A stretch of DNA of 64,000 bases from assembly GCF_006345805.1 (NCBI RefSeq), contig NC_042998.1:196230001-196294000 (forward strand), written 5' to 3'. The position numbers were made by a program, and so were the translations under genes. The notes beneath the pieces were generated by a model that was not told the DNA's origin, did not search any database, and saw only the letters and a program-made list of their open reading frames with translations. Below, piece after piece: positions 26,437 to 40,263 of the stretch (positions are counted from its first letter, which is position 1; each line of letters starts with the position of its first letter). This DNA is from Octopus sinensis (lineage: Eukaryota).

Positions 26437-26620
26437 ATATATATGAAAGAAGGTTTTAAAATGCGAAGGACTTTTAGAAATGTTTATTGACTTGACCGGT
26501 TTCACTTTTTTAGAAAAAGATTTTACTTTTGATAATTTTTTTTCTAAAAAAGTGAAACCGGTCAAGTCAATAAACATCTCTAAAAGTCCTTTGCATTTTC
26601 AACCTTCTTTCCATATATAT
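26437..26620. repeat. Long inverted repeat: perfect 39-bp core (26480-26518/26539-26577), ~80-bp arms, 20-bp spacer
   Basis: Direct inspection; flanked by TA-rich microsatellites. Confidence 0.9.
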
Positions 26621-26875
26621 GATTATATATATATATATATGTGTGGTGTGTGTGTTAGTTAGTTAGTTAGTTAATTTGGCTCAAAGCAAATTGCAAGGCC
26701 ATGTAGGGGGACATGGAGTTAAGTACAGGGTAGTGTTCATGTAAAGAGTTCAGACCACTTGAGGTCAAGGGAGGCTTTGAACAAAGCGGTCGTCGGCATC
26801 TTCACCATCTCGTCTGGCAGCTTGTTCCACGGATCCGCACCCGGACGGAGAAAGCTCCTCTCCTTATATATATTA

Positions 26876-26958
<83 letters not shown>

Positions 26959-27190
26959 GTATATGTATATATTATGTATGTATGTATGTATGTATGTATT
27001 AGTTATGTATGTATGTATGTATGTATGTATGTATTATGTATACATATATATATATTTATACATACACGCATACATGCATACATACCAATATGTCAGTGTG
27101 TGTGTGTGTACGTGAGTCGTCTAAGAGTCAAGGAAAAGACGCACTCGTATATCTGTCATTAGAGTTGGTATATTATCCGAAATGTAATAC

Positions 27191-27406
27191 TATTAAACAC
27201 CCATCACGGTTGATATTACCAATCGGTTTTGCATAAAGTGCATAATGGAGTGTTAGGTAATATTATGTAACTATACGCTCATCAGAGTTAGTCGATATGG
27301 AAGGGAATATGGCGACTAGTAGTCGCCCTTCCCCTTTTACCTAACACTCCATTGTACTCTCTACGCGAAACAGTTTGGTAAGATCAGCTGTGATCGATAT
27401 TTAATA
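27191..27406. mobile_element. Old foldback element, ~70-bp imperfect arms
   Basis: 27191-27260 vs 27337-27406; central GGCGACT-AGT-AGTCGCC hairpin. Confidence 0.65.
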
Positions 27407-27577
27407 CTACACATAATATATATATATACACATTTAATCCCGAAGAGACTCGCCATATGGTCTTTACTTATAACGAAAGAATCATCTGGAGATTCGCTAA
27501 GCCGAGTGACAGCGAAAACCCAGATCTCGGTCAGTTAAATATGAATTTTTTTCTACGACAAAATCTCTTTGGTCGCA

Positions 27578-27896
27578 TACTCTTTTACTCTTTTACTTGT
27601 TTCAGTCATTTGACTGCGACCATGCTGGAGCACCGCCTTTAGTCAAACAAGTCGACCCCAGGGCATATTCTTTGGAAGCCTAGTACTTATTCTATCGGTC
27701 TCTTTTGCCGAACCGCTAAGTTACGGGAACGTAAACACACCAGCATCGGCTGTCAAACGATGTTGGCGGGGACAAACACAGACTCACAAACATATACACG
27801 CACATACATATATATATACATACATACATATATACGACGGGCTTCTTCCAGTTTCCGTCTACCAAATCCACTCACAAGGCTTTGGTCGGCCCGAGG
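27578..27896 (-). mobile_element. SINE family B, 5'-truncated
   Basis: Homology to other copies. Confidence 0.85.
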
Positions 27897-28846
27897 AAAA
27901 TATGCATACTTACATAGTTTTAATATAATTTTTAATATATCGACCGGTTTCGCTATCGCTATTCATGATTTTATGTTTTACTTATTTGAATATATATTTT
28001 TTCTTAAGAAGAAATTTGGTCCATGTTGTGTGAGATGAAATTCACGGTTTACGGTACAATGACAGAAAAACGGACGATGTTACACGAATATAAATACAAA
28101 AACAAAAAATAATACGAATATAAATACAAAAAACAATAATAATAATAATAACAGGACATAACAACAGGCGTCTTTCGACTTATGTGTGTGTGTGTGTGTG
28201 TGTGTGGTGTGTATGTGTGTGTATATATACATATTCATTTTTGAAAAATAACTTTTATCAAAACAAACCCCTCCCCTTTGAGTAACCACCTGGTATTGCC
28301 ATTTTTAAAGGCCAAGAATCAACTCATCACTTTCTATTGAAAGAAATGGCCAGCTGTATAGATGAAAACACATTTTTTCTTCTTACTCTCTTCCTTCTTT
28401 TTTCCTTCTCTTTTCCATTGATACTCCTGTCAGATACATAGGCACACACACACACATACACACACACACACAAAAAAATACACACACTCTCTCTCACTTT
28501 CTCCCTATTCCTCACCCTCTTTTACTATCCTATATCTCTCTCCACCCCTACACCGTAGGTGACTTAAAATTGTATGATAGATTGCCGTCATTTCTTTCTC
28601 TCTTGCCTGTCTGTGTTTGCCTTTCAAGTGCTGTGGTTTTACTGAGATCTCCCTTTTAGTAGAAAGAATAGCTATAACTCTTTGACTGCTATTTCTAAAT
28701 TCGGTGTGTGGTGAGGCAAATCGTTGCTAAACCCTTAATTACTTAGTATTACTTAAACTTTCCTCGAATGGGGCTTTTACATGCCGAAATCTACTTGGTG
28801 AAATTAATGATTATTCCAAATTAATTAATTTCACCCTATATTATTA

Positions 28847-28880
<34 letters not shown>

Positions 28881-29081
28881 AAATAAGAAAATGGAAAAAT
28901 ACATCCAAACCAAATATCAATTACCAGATAATACCCAATCACATACTTTATTAAACCACCACATAATAAACTTTAAGGTGAAACATAATAATGTAGAACA
29001 AAACAGTGTACATAAAGGAGTGTGCGGGTTGCATTTACAACCCCTATCTCAATTTGTATATATATATATACATACATATAT

Positions 29082-29129
<48 letters not shown>

Positions 29130-29529
29130 TATATATTATATATAATATATATTAATATACGACTTCTCCCATTGTGGACATTTGCATCTCCTGCCGTGCT
29201 GTTCCAATTGGACGCTGAACCCAAAACAGTTCACAGAGGAACACTTTACTGCTTTATGTTACACAAATCATGAGCTTTCGATCGTTTCAAGCATTTGATC
29301 CGTGTAACATGATGCAATAAAGTGTTGTCCTAATGAACTGAGGTGATTCAGCATCCGACTGGAACCTCGCAGTACGAGCACACTTTTCGTCCCATCTATA
29401 AGGTAATTCACTTAATAAAACCAGTTTTCATATTTCTTGTGCATTCTCCTTTTTTTATATATATAATTGCCATTTTACTTATAACTACACCTTTTCTGTT
29501 TTAAAACGCATAAAAAATTATTTTTGAGT

Positions 29530-29664
29530 GGTTTTTGAGGGACTGGAACGGATTAATTATATTTTAGTTAATTTCAATGAGGAAAATTGATTTGTAAAAC
29601 GAGTAAATCGTAAAACGAGCTCAGTCATGGAACGAATTAAACTCGTACTGCCGAGGTATCACTG
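29530..29664 (-). mobile_element. Tigger/pogo-type transposon terminal fragment
   Basis: GGAACGGATTAATT...GGAACGAATTAAACTCGTA...GAGGTATCACTG-TA; reverse = TA-CAGTGATACCTCG, a Tigger-like TIR. Confidence 0.6.
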
Positions 29665-29677
29665 TATTTGTGCATAT

Positions 29678-29909
29678 GGCGGCGAGCTGGCAGAAACGTT
29701 AGTACGCCGGGCGAAATGCTTAGCAGTATTTCGTCTGCCGTTACGTTCTGAGTTCAAATTCCGCCGAGGTCGACTTTGCCTTTCATCCTTTCGGGGTCGA
29801 TAAATTAAGCACCAGTTTCGCACTGGGGTCGATGTAATCGACTTAATCCGTTTGTCTGTCCTTGTTTGTCCTCTCTGTGTTTAGCTCCTTGTGGGTAGTA
29901 AAGAAATAG
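29678..29909 (+). mobile_element. SINE family A, full length, ~20-bp TSD
   Basis: AGGTATCACTGTATTTGTGC at 29654-29673 and 29908-29927. Confidence 0.92.
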
Positions 29910-29934
29910 GTATCACTGTATTTGTGCGTCTACA

Positions 29935-30280
29935 TAGACAGACAGACAGGTACATACACACATACATACATACATACATGCATACATGCATACATGCATA
30001 CATACATGAATACATGCATACATGCATACATACATACATGCATACATACATACATGCATACATACATACATGCATACATACATGCATATATACATACATA
30101 CATACATGCATACATGCATACATGCATACATACATGAATACATGCATACATGCATACATACATACATGCATACACACACACATACATACATACATACATA
30201 CATACATACATACATACACACATACATACATACACACACACACACACATACACACACACACACATACACACATACATATA

Positions 30281-30314
<34 letters not shown>

Positions 30315-30380
30315 CATACATACATACTACATATATACATAACATACATACATGTATACATACATACATGATGTATACAT

Positions 30381-30411
<31 letters not shown>

Positions 30412-31245
30412 TACATACATACATGCATACATACATGCACACATAACATACATACATACATACTACATACATACAGATTACATACATACATACATACATA
30501 TATACATACATACATATACATATATACATACATGCATACATACATACATAACATACTACATGCATACATACATATCATACATACATAAAAAAAAGACATT
30601 AATACATACATACATACATACATATATACATACAACATACTACATATATACATACATACATACATACATACATGCATACATACATCATACATACATACAT
30701 ACATACATACATGCATACATACATGCATACATACATACATACATACATGCATACATACATACATACATACATACATCATGCATCATACATACATACATGC
30801 ATCATACATACCACATACTACATACATGCATACATACATACATACATACATACATACATGCATACATACATACATACATGCATACATACATACATACATG
30901 CATACTACATACATACATACATACATAATATACATACATACATTCATACATACATACTACATACATTCATACATACATACATACATGCATACATACATAC
31001 ACATGCATACATTACATCCATACATACATACATATTACCTACATACATACATACATGCATACATACATACATACATGCATACATACATACATACATACAT
31101 ACATGCATACATACATACATACATACATACATGCATACATACATACATACATGCATACATACATACATACATACATACATACATGCATACATACATACAT
31201 ACATACATATATACATACATACATGCATACATACATACGTATGGT
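29935..31245. repeat. ~1.3-kb (TACA)n/(TGCA) tetranucleotide satellite
   Basis: Direct inspection. Confidence 0.97.
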
Positions 31246-31660
31246 ATATAATAGATACATAACATGCATAATATATATATATATATATTAGAAATATATA
31301 TTTAAAAAGCCCCTTCGTGATTATATAATTCTCTCCCATTTACTCGTGAAATATAGAAAAAACTAATTGTGGACAGACACTAGAATTATTCATAAACAAA
31401 CCATCTGGATTGCCTAAGTGGCATTGTTCGATTTTTGCCTCTCTTGAGAGCACTGTTTGTGACGACAGCTGATAAGTGACGACGGCCTGAGTGATTACAA
31501 AACTTGTAGGACAACTAAAGCAACGCCTAACAACCAGATTTAACACTTAGATATTACTTCCAACTCAACATCTGAGGTTTCCAGTTTTATAAGAGCCACT
31601 ACAATGGTTCTGGTGGACGCGGCACACTGTAAAAGGCACTCAATAGAATATAATATATAT

Positions 31661-31722
<62 letters not shown>

Positions 31723-31733
31723 TATATATATAG

Positions 31734-31799
<66 letters not shown>

Positions 31800-31819
31800 A
31801 TATATGTATATATATATAA

Positions 31820-32029
31820 AGTTAATCCAAACAAGAAAGCACAAAAAAACACAACAACGCGAGGACGTGGAACCATATAGTATTATTGGACGCTCAGGAA
31901 AGAAGGAAAGAAGGAGGGTTTAACGTTTCGAGCGGAGCTCTTCGTCGGAAACATAGGAGAAGGAAGATCCAGAGAAGGGAAGACAGAGGGAAAAAAAATC
32001 GCCAACGGTACACACGAGGTCACATTTGA

Positions 32030-32032
<3 letters not shown>
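31820..32032 (-). mobile_element. (TA)n-flanked Penelope-type pseudo-LTR-like module with variant hammerhead motif
   Basis: Reverse complement GTTT-CCGACGA-A-GAGC-TCC-GCTC-GAAACGTT-AAAC; same architecture as the 51440, 52640 and 59950 modules. Confidence 0.6.
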
Positions 32033-32127
<95 letters not shown>

Positions 32128-32994
32128 TATACGACGGGCCTCTTTCAGTTTGCGTCTACCAAATCCATTCAGAAGGGTTTTAGTCGAACCCAAAACCACT
32201 TGATTGGGAAGCAAGCTTTGCACTACACAGCCACTCCTTATACTAAAGATTTCATCACAGCCAACTGAGAGTAATATGAAATTTCGCCATTACAACGCAA
32301 AGTTCGGCTGAAGACAAGAAAATCTTCAGTTGTACAGGTCGCGGCATAAAAATCTCCCACATTCACCCTTCTTGGTAAGCATTTCAGCATAAAACACCTG
32401 GTATATACAGGAACAAACCATGATAGTAATTGCGACAAAAACAGCAAAACATGGACCACACGAAGATACCTTTACCTTCTGCCTAACTTTTACAGCGCCA
32501 CAGTGATATTCGTATGAAATATGGGAGGTTTTTCTGCCACACCTTATATAAGTTACACATTGTAAAGCTTAATGGAGGTTGAGTTTAAAACGCTACTCTT
32601 TTCTGTCTTCCATAGATACGATCAATGAAATAATACGTTCGCTCAATAAACGATCGTCTGGTTTTGTTATGTACTGGATTTTATGTTCTGCTTGACACGA
32701 TTAAGGCTCCATATGTTGTTAGGTCTCACATCAACATGATCGATACAACCTGTAAGACAGAACTAGGGAGCCTCTCATGTAGTCACTCGATCGGCATGAA
32801 ATAGCAGCCAAATCTCACTCGAATCACAACCTACTATCTTTAGAAAAATACGTGGAAGATATATTATGTAGTCCTGGGTACATTGTGTCTGAAAAACAGA
32901 TATGAGGTAGTCACGGCTGGAAAGCCCTTGTCTGTACGATCAGAGCTGACCTAGGTCTGTCTAACTAACAACAGTAAGCAGTAGCAGCAGCAAG

Positions 32995-33345
32995 TGGAGG
33001 CGCAAAGGCCCAGTGGTTAAGGCAGCGGACTCGCGGTCGGAGGATCGCGGTTTCGATTTCCAGACCGGGCTTTGTGTGTGTTTATTGAGCGAAGACACCT
33101 AAAGTTCCACGAGGCTCCGGTAGGGGGTGGTGGTGACCCCTGTTGTACTCTTTCGCCCCAACTGTCTCTCACTCTTTCTTGTCCCCGACTTCCTACGCAA
33201 CCGCTGAGCCTGGATGCGCATTCGTCCATCCGTCGATGCTCTCGGTGTCGGGGGTTGACCTGCTCTCTCTTCTGCGGGTCTTACGAATAGCAAAGGACCA
33301 CGTTTCGGACTTCTCCCACTGGACGAAGACCGCTACGCTCAACAG
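32995..33345 (+). mobile_element. SINE family C head with a different 3' portion ending in (AAC/AGC)n
   Basis: Head matches 6669 and 22892; tail diverges after ~33180. Confidence 0.75.
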
Positions 33346-33351
33346 CAACAG

Positions 33352-33382
<31 letters not shown>

Positions 33383-33384
33383 TA

Positions 33385-33829
33385 TAGCTATGTGGTTACG
33401 AGGCTTGCTTCCCAACCAAATGGTTCTGAAGTTCAATCCCATTGCGTGGTACCTTGGGCAAGTGTCTTCTATTATAGCCTCAAGCAGGCCAAAGCCTTGT
33501 GAGTGGATTTGGTAGACGGAAACTGAAAGAAGCCCGTCATGTGCCTATGTGCATGTGTGTGCGTGTGTGTGTGCGTATGTGTGTGTGCGTGTGTGTATCT
33601 ATGTGTGTGCGTGTGTGTGTGTGTGTGTGTGCGTATGTGTGTGTGTCTGTGTGTATGTGTGTGTGTGTGTGCGTGCGTGTGTGTATATGTGTGTCTTTGC
33701 GTGCCTGTGTTTATATATGTCTTTGTGCCCCACTACCTCTTGACAACCGGTGCTGGTTTGTTTACGTCTCCGTAAGTTAGCGGTTCAGCAAGAAAAACCG
33801 ATAGAATTAGTACCAAGCTTTAAAAAATA
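33385..33829 (+). mobile_element. SINE family B
   Basis: Homology; internal (TG)n. Confidence 0.85.
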
Positions 33830-34856
33830 ATGATAAATATTGCTAAAAGCAACGAATTGGCAGAGTCGTTAGCGCGTCGGCAAAAACGCTTGAAGGCATT
33901 TCTACTGGCCCTTTACGTTGTGAGTTCAAATTCTGCTGAGATCGATTTTGCCTTTCATCCATTCTGGACCCATAAAATAAGGACCAGTTGATGCAATCGA
34001 CTACCCATTGCCCTCGAAAATGCTTTCCTTAAAATTTGAAAGAATTAGAAAATTAGAAAGAGAATTTATTCCAACTTTGACGTCCCCCACGTTGCTTTGT
34101 CCCCCAAATTGCTTTGTCCCCCACTCCAACTCCCTATGTCTCATCTTCTCTCTATTTCACGCAACCTATAACATAGCTAGGGGTGGTTACGGGTGGAAGG
34201 GATGGATATGGGGTTGCCATCTTTTGCATTGGCTGTATAGGTCCTGATGGCACTAAACCTAAGGGCTACCCCGGGTGGAACACACCTTAGCTACGCAACT
34301 GCACAGCTACTGCATTAAATAATCTTTTCTCTTCCCATCGGGTATTATTTCTCCTCCTCCTCCTCTTCCTCCTTTCCCTCCTTCTTCTTGCCTCTCTATT
34401 CCAGAATTTTATTATCCGCCAACCTTCAAAAGTATCATCCGCTGAACCAGAAAGCAAATTCTTTGTAGTCTCTCAACTCGCTTAAAACGTATCAACCACA
34501 ACTCCCCTCACAGTCACCCTTTACTGTCTTTACAAAGGGAGGGAAACGTTGAAAGATTTGGTTCTACGTACACTGTATCAGAATGAAAGATGGGATGGTC
34601 GTAGGTGGAAACGCCTTTTATTATACAGAGTGCAGCAAAACAAAAAAGATTCTCCCACATTCACCATTCTTGATAAATGCTTCAACAACAAACACATAGA
34701 AGAGCGTTGTGGCCTGCATGGAGCATTGTCGTGCCGAAATACTCACTTGGAGAGCTGTTGCTACAAACACAAGTACCGGACTCTAAAACGGGGTCACTTC
34801 CCATCCGGCTGTCCAAATGGCGGGTTCTACGTAGACACACATTTCTTAGACTTTTC

Positions 34857-34894
34857 TCTTCTGAAGATGGGTCTTTGCGTCCGAAATGTAAAGG
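34857..34894 (+). ncRNA. Minimal hammerhead-like motif
   Basis: TCTT-CTGAAGA-T-GGG..TCC-GAAATGTA-AAGG; intact CUGAAGA/GAAA core, weak stems II and III. Confidence 0.4.
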
Positions 34895-34949
34895 TTTTTA
34901 ACTTTCATCTTTACATTGTTAGAAGCTTTCCTCATTTCCCTTTTTTTTT

Positions 34950-35317
34950 TACTTTTTTACTTGTTTCAGTCATTTGACTGCGGCCATCCTGGAGCACCGC
35001 CTTTAGTCGAGCAAATTGACCCCAGGACTTATTCTTTGCCGAACCGCTAAGTTACAGGGACGAAAACACACCAGCATCGGTTGTCAAGCTATGTTGGGGG
35101 GACAAACACACGCTCACAAATATATATACACACACATACATATATACATATATACGACGGGCTTCTTTCAGTTTCCATCTACCAAATTCACTCACAAGGC
35201 ATTGGTCGGCCCGAGGTTATAGCAGAAGACACTTGCCCAAGGTGACACGCAGAGGGACTGAACCCGGAACCATGTGGTTCGTAAGCAAGCTACTTACCAC
35301 ACAGCCACTCCTACGCC
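34950..35317 (-). mobile_element. SINE family B
   Basis: Homology. Confidence 0.88.
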
Positions 35318-35562
35318 TATAATTCATTATTCTAAACAAACATATAATATACACCGGTCCAAAGCCTATTGGTAACTTAAAAAATAAAAACGGCCAAATA
35401 TTAGCTACACGATCACTCCATTATCACTTTACATAAGTAACATTACAGCAAAGGTCGTTTAAAATATGAAAAGCCTCTCTGTCGTACCCTGTACGCCGTC
35501 TGCTTTGATGGGGATTTCTATAGAAAATGCACCGGTAACTTTCCTTTTTATTCATATTTACT

Positions 35563-35804
35563 TCATTTCAAATGTTTCACGAAGTCAAACATATTGAGAA
35601 GCATCGTTGTAGAATGTGGCTTTCGGTTTCTGTAAATATTCCTTCTCACGACGATATCTCTGCGCTTATTATAATGACAACTAGGTGTGTGGAAAATGGC
35701 TCCTTCGGTGAGATAATCGACGCCATCTTTCACTTGTGCAAGATAAAACTGGTTCTCAGTATGAAACCACAGAATCGGCGGCATTTCCTGGCTTCGGTTT
35801 AATT
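35563..35804 (-). CDS. Candidate terminal coding exon of a hypothetical 87-aa protein
   Basis: Pyrimidine-rich acceptor ...CGTATTTACCTTAG|, 79 open codons in phase 1 plus stop, AATAAA at 35547-35552; no recognised homology. Confidence 0.3.
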
Positions 35805-35879
35805 CTAAGGTAAATACGTATTTTAAGAAGATAAAGATTTCTTCTCTTTCACTTGTAGATATTAATTGATAATCTCTTT

Positions 35880-35958
<79 letters not shown>

Positions 35959-36379
35959 TCTTCTTCTTCTTTTTCTTCTTCTTCTTCTTCTCCTCCCCCC
36001 TCTCTCTCTCTCTCTTTCTCCCTCCCCCTCTCTAATCCTGACTAATCGGATTTATTTGAAAGTACAACTGAGCACAAGTACACTTTATTTATCAGAGAAC
36101 TCTTCAGCATTACCTGTCCTCCTTCCACTACGTTAGAGCAGGAGGAGGAAGAGTAGGAGGAGGAGATGTGGTTATATTTCGTGTTGCTATGGTAATTAGC
36201 GACAGATGCAACTGGTTGACTTAGTAATGTTTGTCATCTGGAGAGGAAAGAACAACAAACAGTCGGTGGCGGCGGCGGCGGTGTTGTGTAGCTGGTCACA
36301 GACTCGAACACTCCTCATCATGTCTGTCTTTGATCAATGGCGTTCTACGTATGACCATCCCGTCTGTATATGTATATAC

Positions 36380-36401
36380 CTGTGACCACATGGTCTGCCA
36401 T
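36380..36401 (-). CDS. Candidate first coding segment (MADHVVT) within a 53-nt exon 36380-36432
   Basis: Acceptor TTCTCCCTCAG|, AAAATGG start context, donor CAG|GTATAT; phase 1 matches the 35804 exon. Confidence 0.3.
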
Positions 36402-36627
36402 TTTATCTTGCTTCTATACAATAGAGTGTAATCTGAGGGAGAATTGGTTACTATCTCTAGCAGTCGAAACAACCATATAGGCTCTTCACGTTGTTGAATT
36501 AGCAAAGTCTGGAGCCATGGCCCTCAACAAGGGCCCACATCACATTTGGGGGTCCCTATAAGGTTTTGCCCTTAAAATTTATCTGCAATAAATTGGTCAC
36601 AGTTCTACGAAGCACAAAATATTTTAA

Positions 36628-37020
36628 CACAGGCGTGGCTGTGTGGTAAGAAGCTTGCCTCCAACCACATGGTTCCGGGTTCAGTCCCACTGCGTAGCAC
36701 CTTGGGCAAAGTGTCTTCTACAGTAGCCTCGGACCGACCAAAGCCTTGTGAGTGGGTTTAGTAGACGGAAACTGAAAGAAGCCCGTCGTGTATATATATT
36801 TGTATGTGTATGCGTTTTTGTCTGTGTTTGTCCCCGACCACCACCACCATCGCTTGACAACCGATGTTGGTGTGTTTATGACCTCGAAAGTAAGCGGACC
36901 GATAGAATAAATACTAGGCTTACAAAGAATAAGTCCTGGGTTCGATTTGTTCGACTAAAGGCGGTGCTCCAGCATGACCGAAGTCAAATGACTGAAACTA
37001 GTAAAAGAATTAAAGAATAC
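36628..37020 (+). mobile_element. SINE family B
   Basis: Homology. Confidence 0.88.
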
Positions 37021-37059
37021 AATTTCTAATAATATTTAATTATAAAAATGTAGGATTTT

Positions 37060-37147
37060 TTTAAAAGCTCTGAATACGTAAGAGGGTCGAGTAGAATAAA
37101 ATAGGAATCATAGGGGTCCATAGCGGGGGAGTGGTTGAGAAGCACTG
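37060..37147 (-). mobile_element. Probable hAT terminus
   Basis: GGTTGAGAAGCACTG = reverse of CAGTGCTTCTCAACC (Charlie-like TIR); single end. Confidence 0.4.
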
Positions 37148-37262
37148 GTCTAGAGCATCGGACAATTTACAACACCTTGCAGTATCGAGGTCTGAGTTCA
37201 AACCCTGCCGAGACCAACTTTGCCTTCTATTCTTTCAGGATCGATGTTAAAAGCACCATTAA

Positions 37263-37647
37263 GGCGGCGAACTGGCAGAATCGTTAGCACGCCGGGCCAA
37301 ATGCTAAGCGGTATTTCGTCTGCCGCTACGTTCTGAGTTCAAATTCCGCCGAGGTCGACTTTGCCTTTCATCCCTTCGGGGTCGATTAAATAAGTACCAG
37401 TTACACACTGGGCTCGATGTGATCGACTTAATCCGTTTGTCTGTCTTTGTTTGTCCTCTCTGTGTTTAGTCCCTTGTGGGTAGTAAAGAAATAAGTATTT
37501 CGTCTGTCTTTACGTTCTGAGGTCGACTTTGCCTTTCATCCTTTCTGTGTCGATAAATGAAGTACCAATTGCGTACTGGGGTCGATCTAATCGACTGGGC
37601 CCTCCCCAAAAATTTCGGCCTTGTGCCTAGAGTAGAAAATAATATTA
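37263..37647 (+). mobile_element. SINE family A tandem array
   Basis: Tail AAAGAAATAA joined to internal GTATTTCGTC. Confidence 0.88.
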
Positions 37648-38269
37648 AAAGCACCATTCCAACATAGTCGGTTGGTGGAATTGTAAGAGCACCAAACTGG
37701 ATGCTTTGCGATATTTCTTCCAACTCTTTGTGTTCTGAGTTCGATTTCCGCCCAGGTGGACTTTACCTTCCTTACTTTCGGAAACGATTAAAAAAATGTT
37801 CCAATACTTGTTCGGTATATTAGTGGACTGCCAGAATGTTGGATCGATGCTTTGCTATATTCCTTCCGGCTTTTCGCGTTCTGAGTTCAAATCCTACCAT
37901 GGCCTACACGGTTGATAACTTGGATCCATTTTCCGGTCAAGCACTACCACCTGACACCACTCTGTTCCAAACATTCGGACCAGGATTCTGGTTCAATAAT
38001 ATCTTCTTCCTTTCCCCCATCCTGCTCCTCTGCCGCAGGGGCCTTGTTAAGGAGCATGGGCCCTGCTTTCCCTCTTGACTAAAAAATTAAAATAAAAAAT
38101 TAAAATAAAATATTTTAAATGTCGAAAGTGTAGTGTTTGGTGCAGGTGTTGGTGAGGTGGGGAAGGGGATCATCGTTGGGGTGGTGGGAGGAAGCGAGGA
38201 GGAGGAGAAGGTGAAGTAAAGAGATAAGCGAAGGGAAGGGGAAGAGAGAGAGTGTGTGTGTGTGCGATG

Positions 38270-38765
<496 letters not shown>

Positions 38766-39287
38766 ACAAACATATGTACATAGGAACATAGACATATGTG
38801 TGTGGGTGGGAGTGCTAACATTGCAGACGAGTATATATCAATGTCATTCGGTACAGTTATGTTCCTGTGTCACCAGGTGTGTGTGTGTGTGTCTGAGTAG
38901 CTCTATGTTGTATGAGTATCATTCGGTACAGATATATATGAGCGAGACTAGATCTATTTATGACTGTCACAACGTAAGGTTTGGGTGTCAGACCCTCTCT
39001 GCGGCACTTTGCGTAAATGTCGTCTGCTATAACATGGGGGCAACCAAAGCCTTGTGAGTGGATTTGGTAGGCAGAAACTGAAAGAAGCGGTGATGGTGGG
39101 GGGGACAACCGGTGTAGGTTTGTTTAGGTCCTCTAAAACGTAGTAGTTCGACGAAAGAAACCGATAGAATAAGTACCAGAGAAATACAAAAAATAAGTCC
39201 TGGGGTCGATTCGTTCCTCAAAAACCCTTCAAGGCGGTGCCCCAGAATGGACCCAGTCCAGTGACTGAAACATGTAAAAGTTAAACA

Positions 39288-39700
39288 ATCATCATCATCA
39301 TTGTTTGACCGTGGTCGAGACAATGGAATTTACCATGCTACGCCAGACTTCACGGTCCATCATGTCATTACGGAGGTCCTGTTGCTGGATGCCTGTATCC
39401 CTGGAGATTACATCAGGGTAGGAGAGTGTGCGCCCTCTGGTATCGCGAGCAGATGGCTTCCAGAGGAGAAGAGGAGAAATTACCTCGTTTCCAGCTCTAC
39501 AACAATGTCCAGCAAACTGGACTCTCCTACCTTTCACAACAGATGACACAGGTGGTAGTTTCCCATATATTTGCATTTTGGTTGAATGACGCTTCCATGA
39601 GAGATTTTGAGCTCTCATAAGGAGGCGAGTGTAAGTTCCATCCAACCGCCTCTCAAGCTTCTTTGATAATGTCCAGGTTTCTGAGCCATATAGTAGAATT
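39288..39700 (-). mobile_element. 5'-truncated RTE-type LINE 3' end with (ATG)n tail and 9-bp TSD
   Basis: LDGTYTRLLMRAQNLSWKRH...RRVQFAGHCCR...GRTLSYPD...DREVWRSMV; AGTTAAACA at 39279-39287 and 39701-39709. Confidence 0.85.
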
Positions 39701-40204
39701 AGTTAAACACTAAAGATTAGTAAATACTCAGTGAAACTGTATACCAATATCTTTTTTATCTCTGATTCATTCATCACGGTGCACTTAATTGTGAACCATG
39801 TTACACTTATCACGGATTGATCTGTGTTAACGCGGGTCGGCGATCCGTCAAAGATTTCATTTGGACAGTATAAACGCACCCCAACAACCAACCACAATTA
39901 TCAGCTACCCAGAGTACACTGGCTTATGTTTACATGACCATACAGCAAGGCTGCGTCTTCTTTTTTTTTTTTTCTTATACGAATTTAACATGGGACAGAA
40001 AAATTACCAAGGCGCCAGATTCTAACAAAACGATGCGGATGAGCGGCAAAGGTAGAGATGATCAACAAAACTACGTGATGGTGGAAGCTTCGCTGTCGCA
40101 GAACACCATTTTGGTGTCGATGAATCTAACATTCTCTCCGTTTACTAAGTGCGTAGAGATGACTCATTCATCACTGCTTTTCGTTTTGTTTTTGACATTA
40201 ATAA

Positions 40205-40263
<59 letters not shown>

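Noticed and set aside
27936-27975. Minus-strand GAAACCGGTC with upstream ATCATGA
   Set aside because: Core 5' half is incomplete and stem II unpaired; possible relic but not supportable.
33290-33346. Minus-strand CTGTTGA...GAAACGTGGTC
   Set aside because: The 5' motif arises at a microsatellite junction, is out of register with the hairpin, and stem I is absent.
36320-36349. Plus-strand first exon MSVFDQWRST with GTATGA donor
   Set aside because: No downstream partner exon found; kept only as an alternative to the minus-strand model.
39703-39897. 64-aa ORF in the duplicated block
   Set aside because: The paralogue at 41765-41950 has an in-frame stop and many amino-acid-changing differences.
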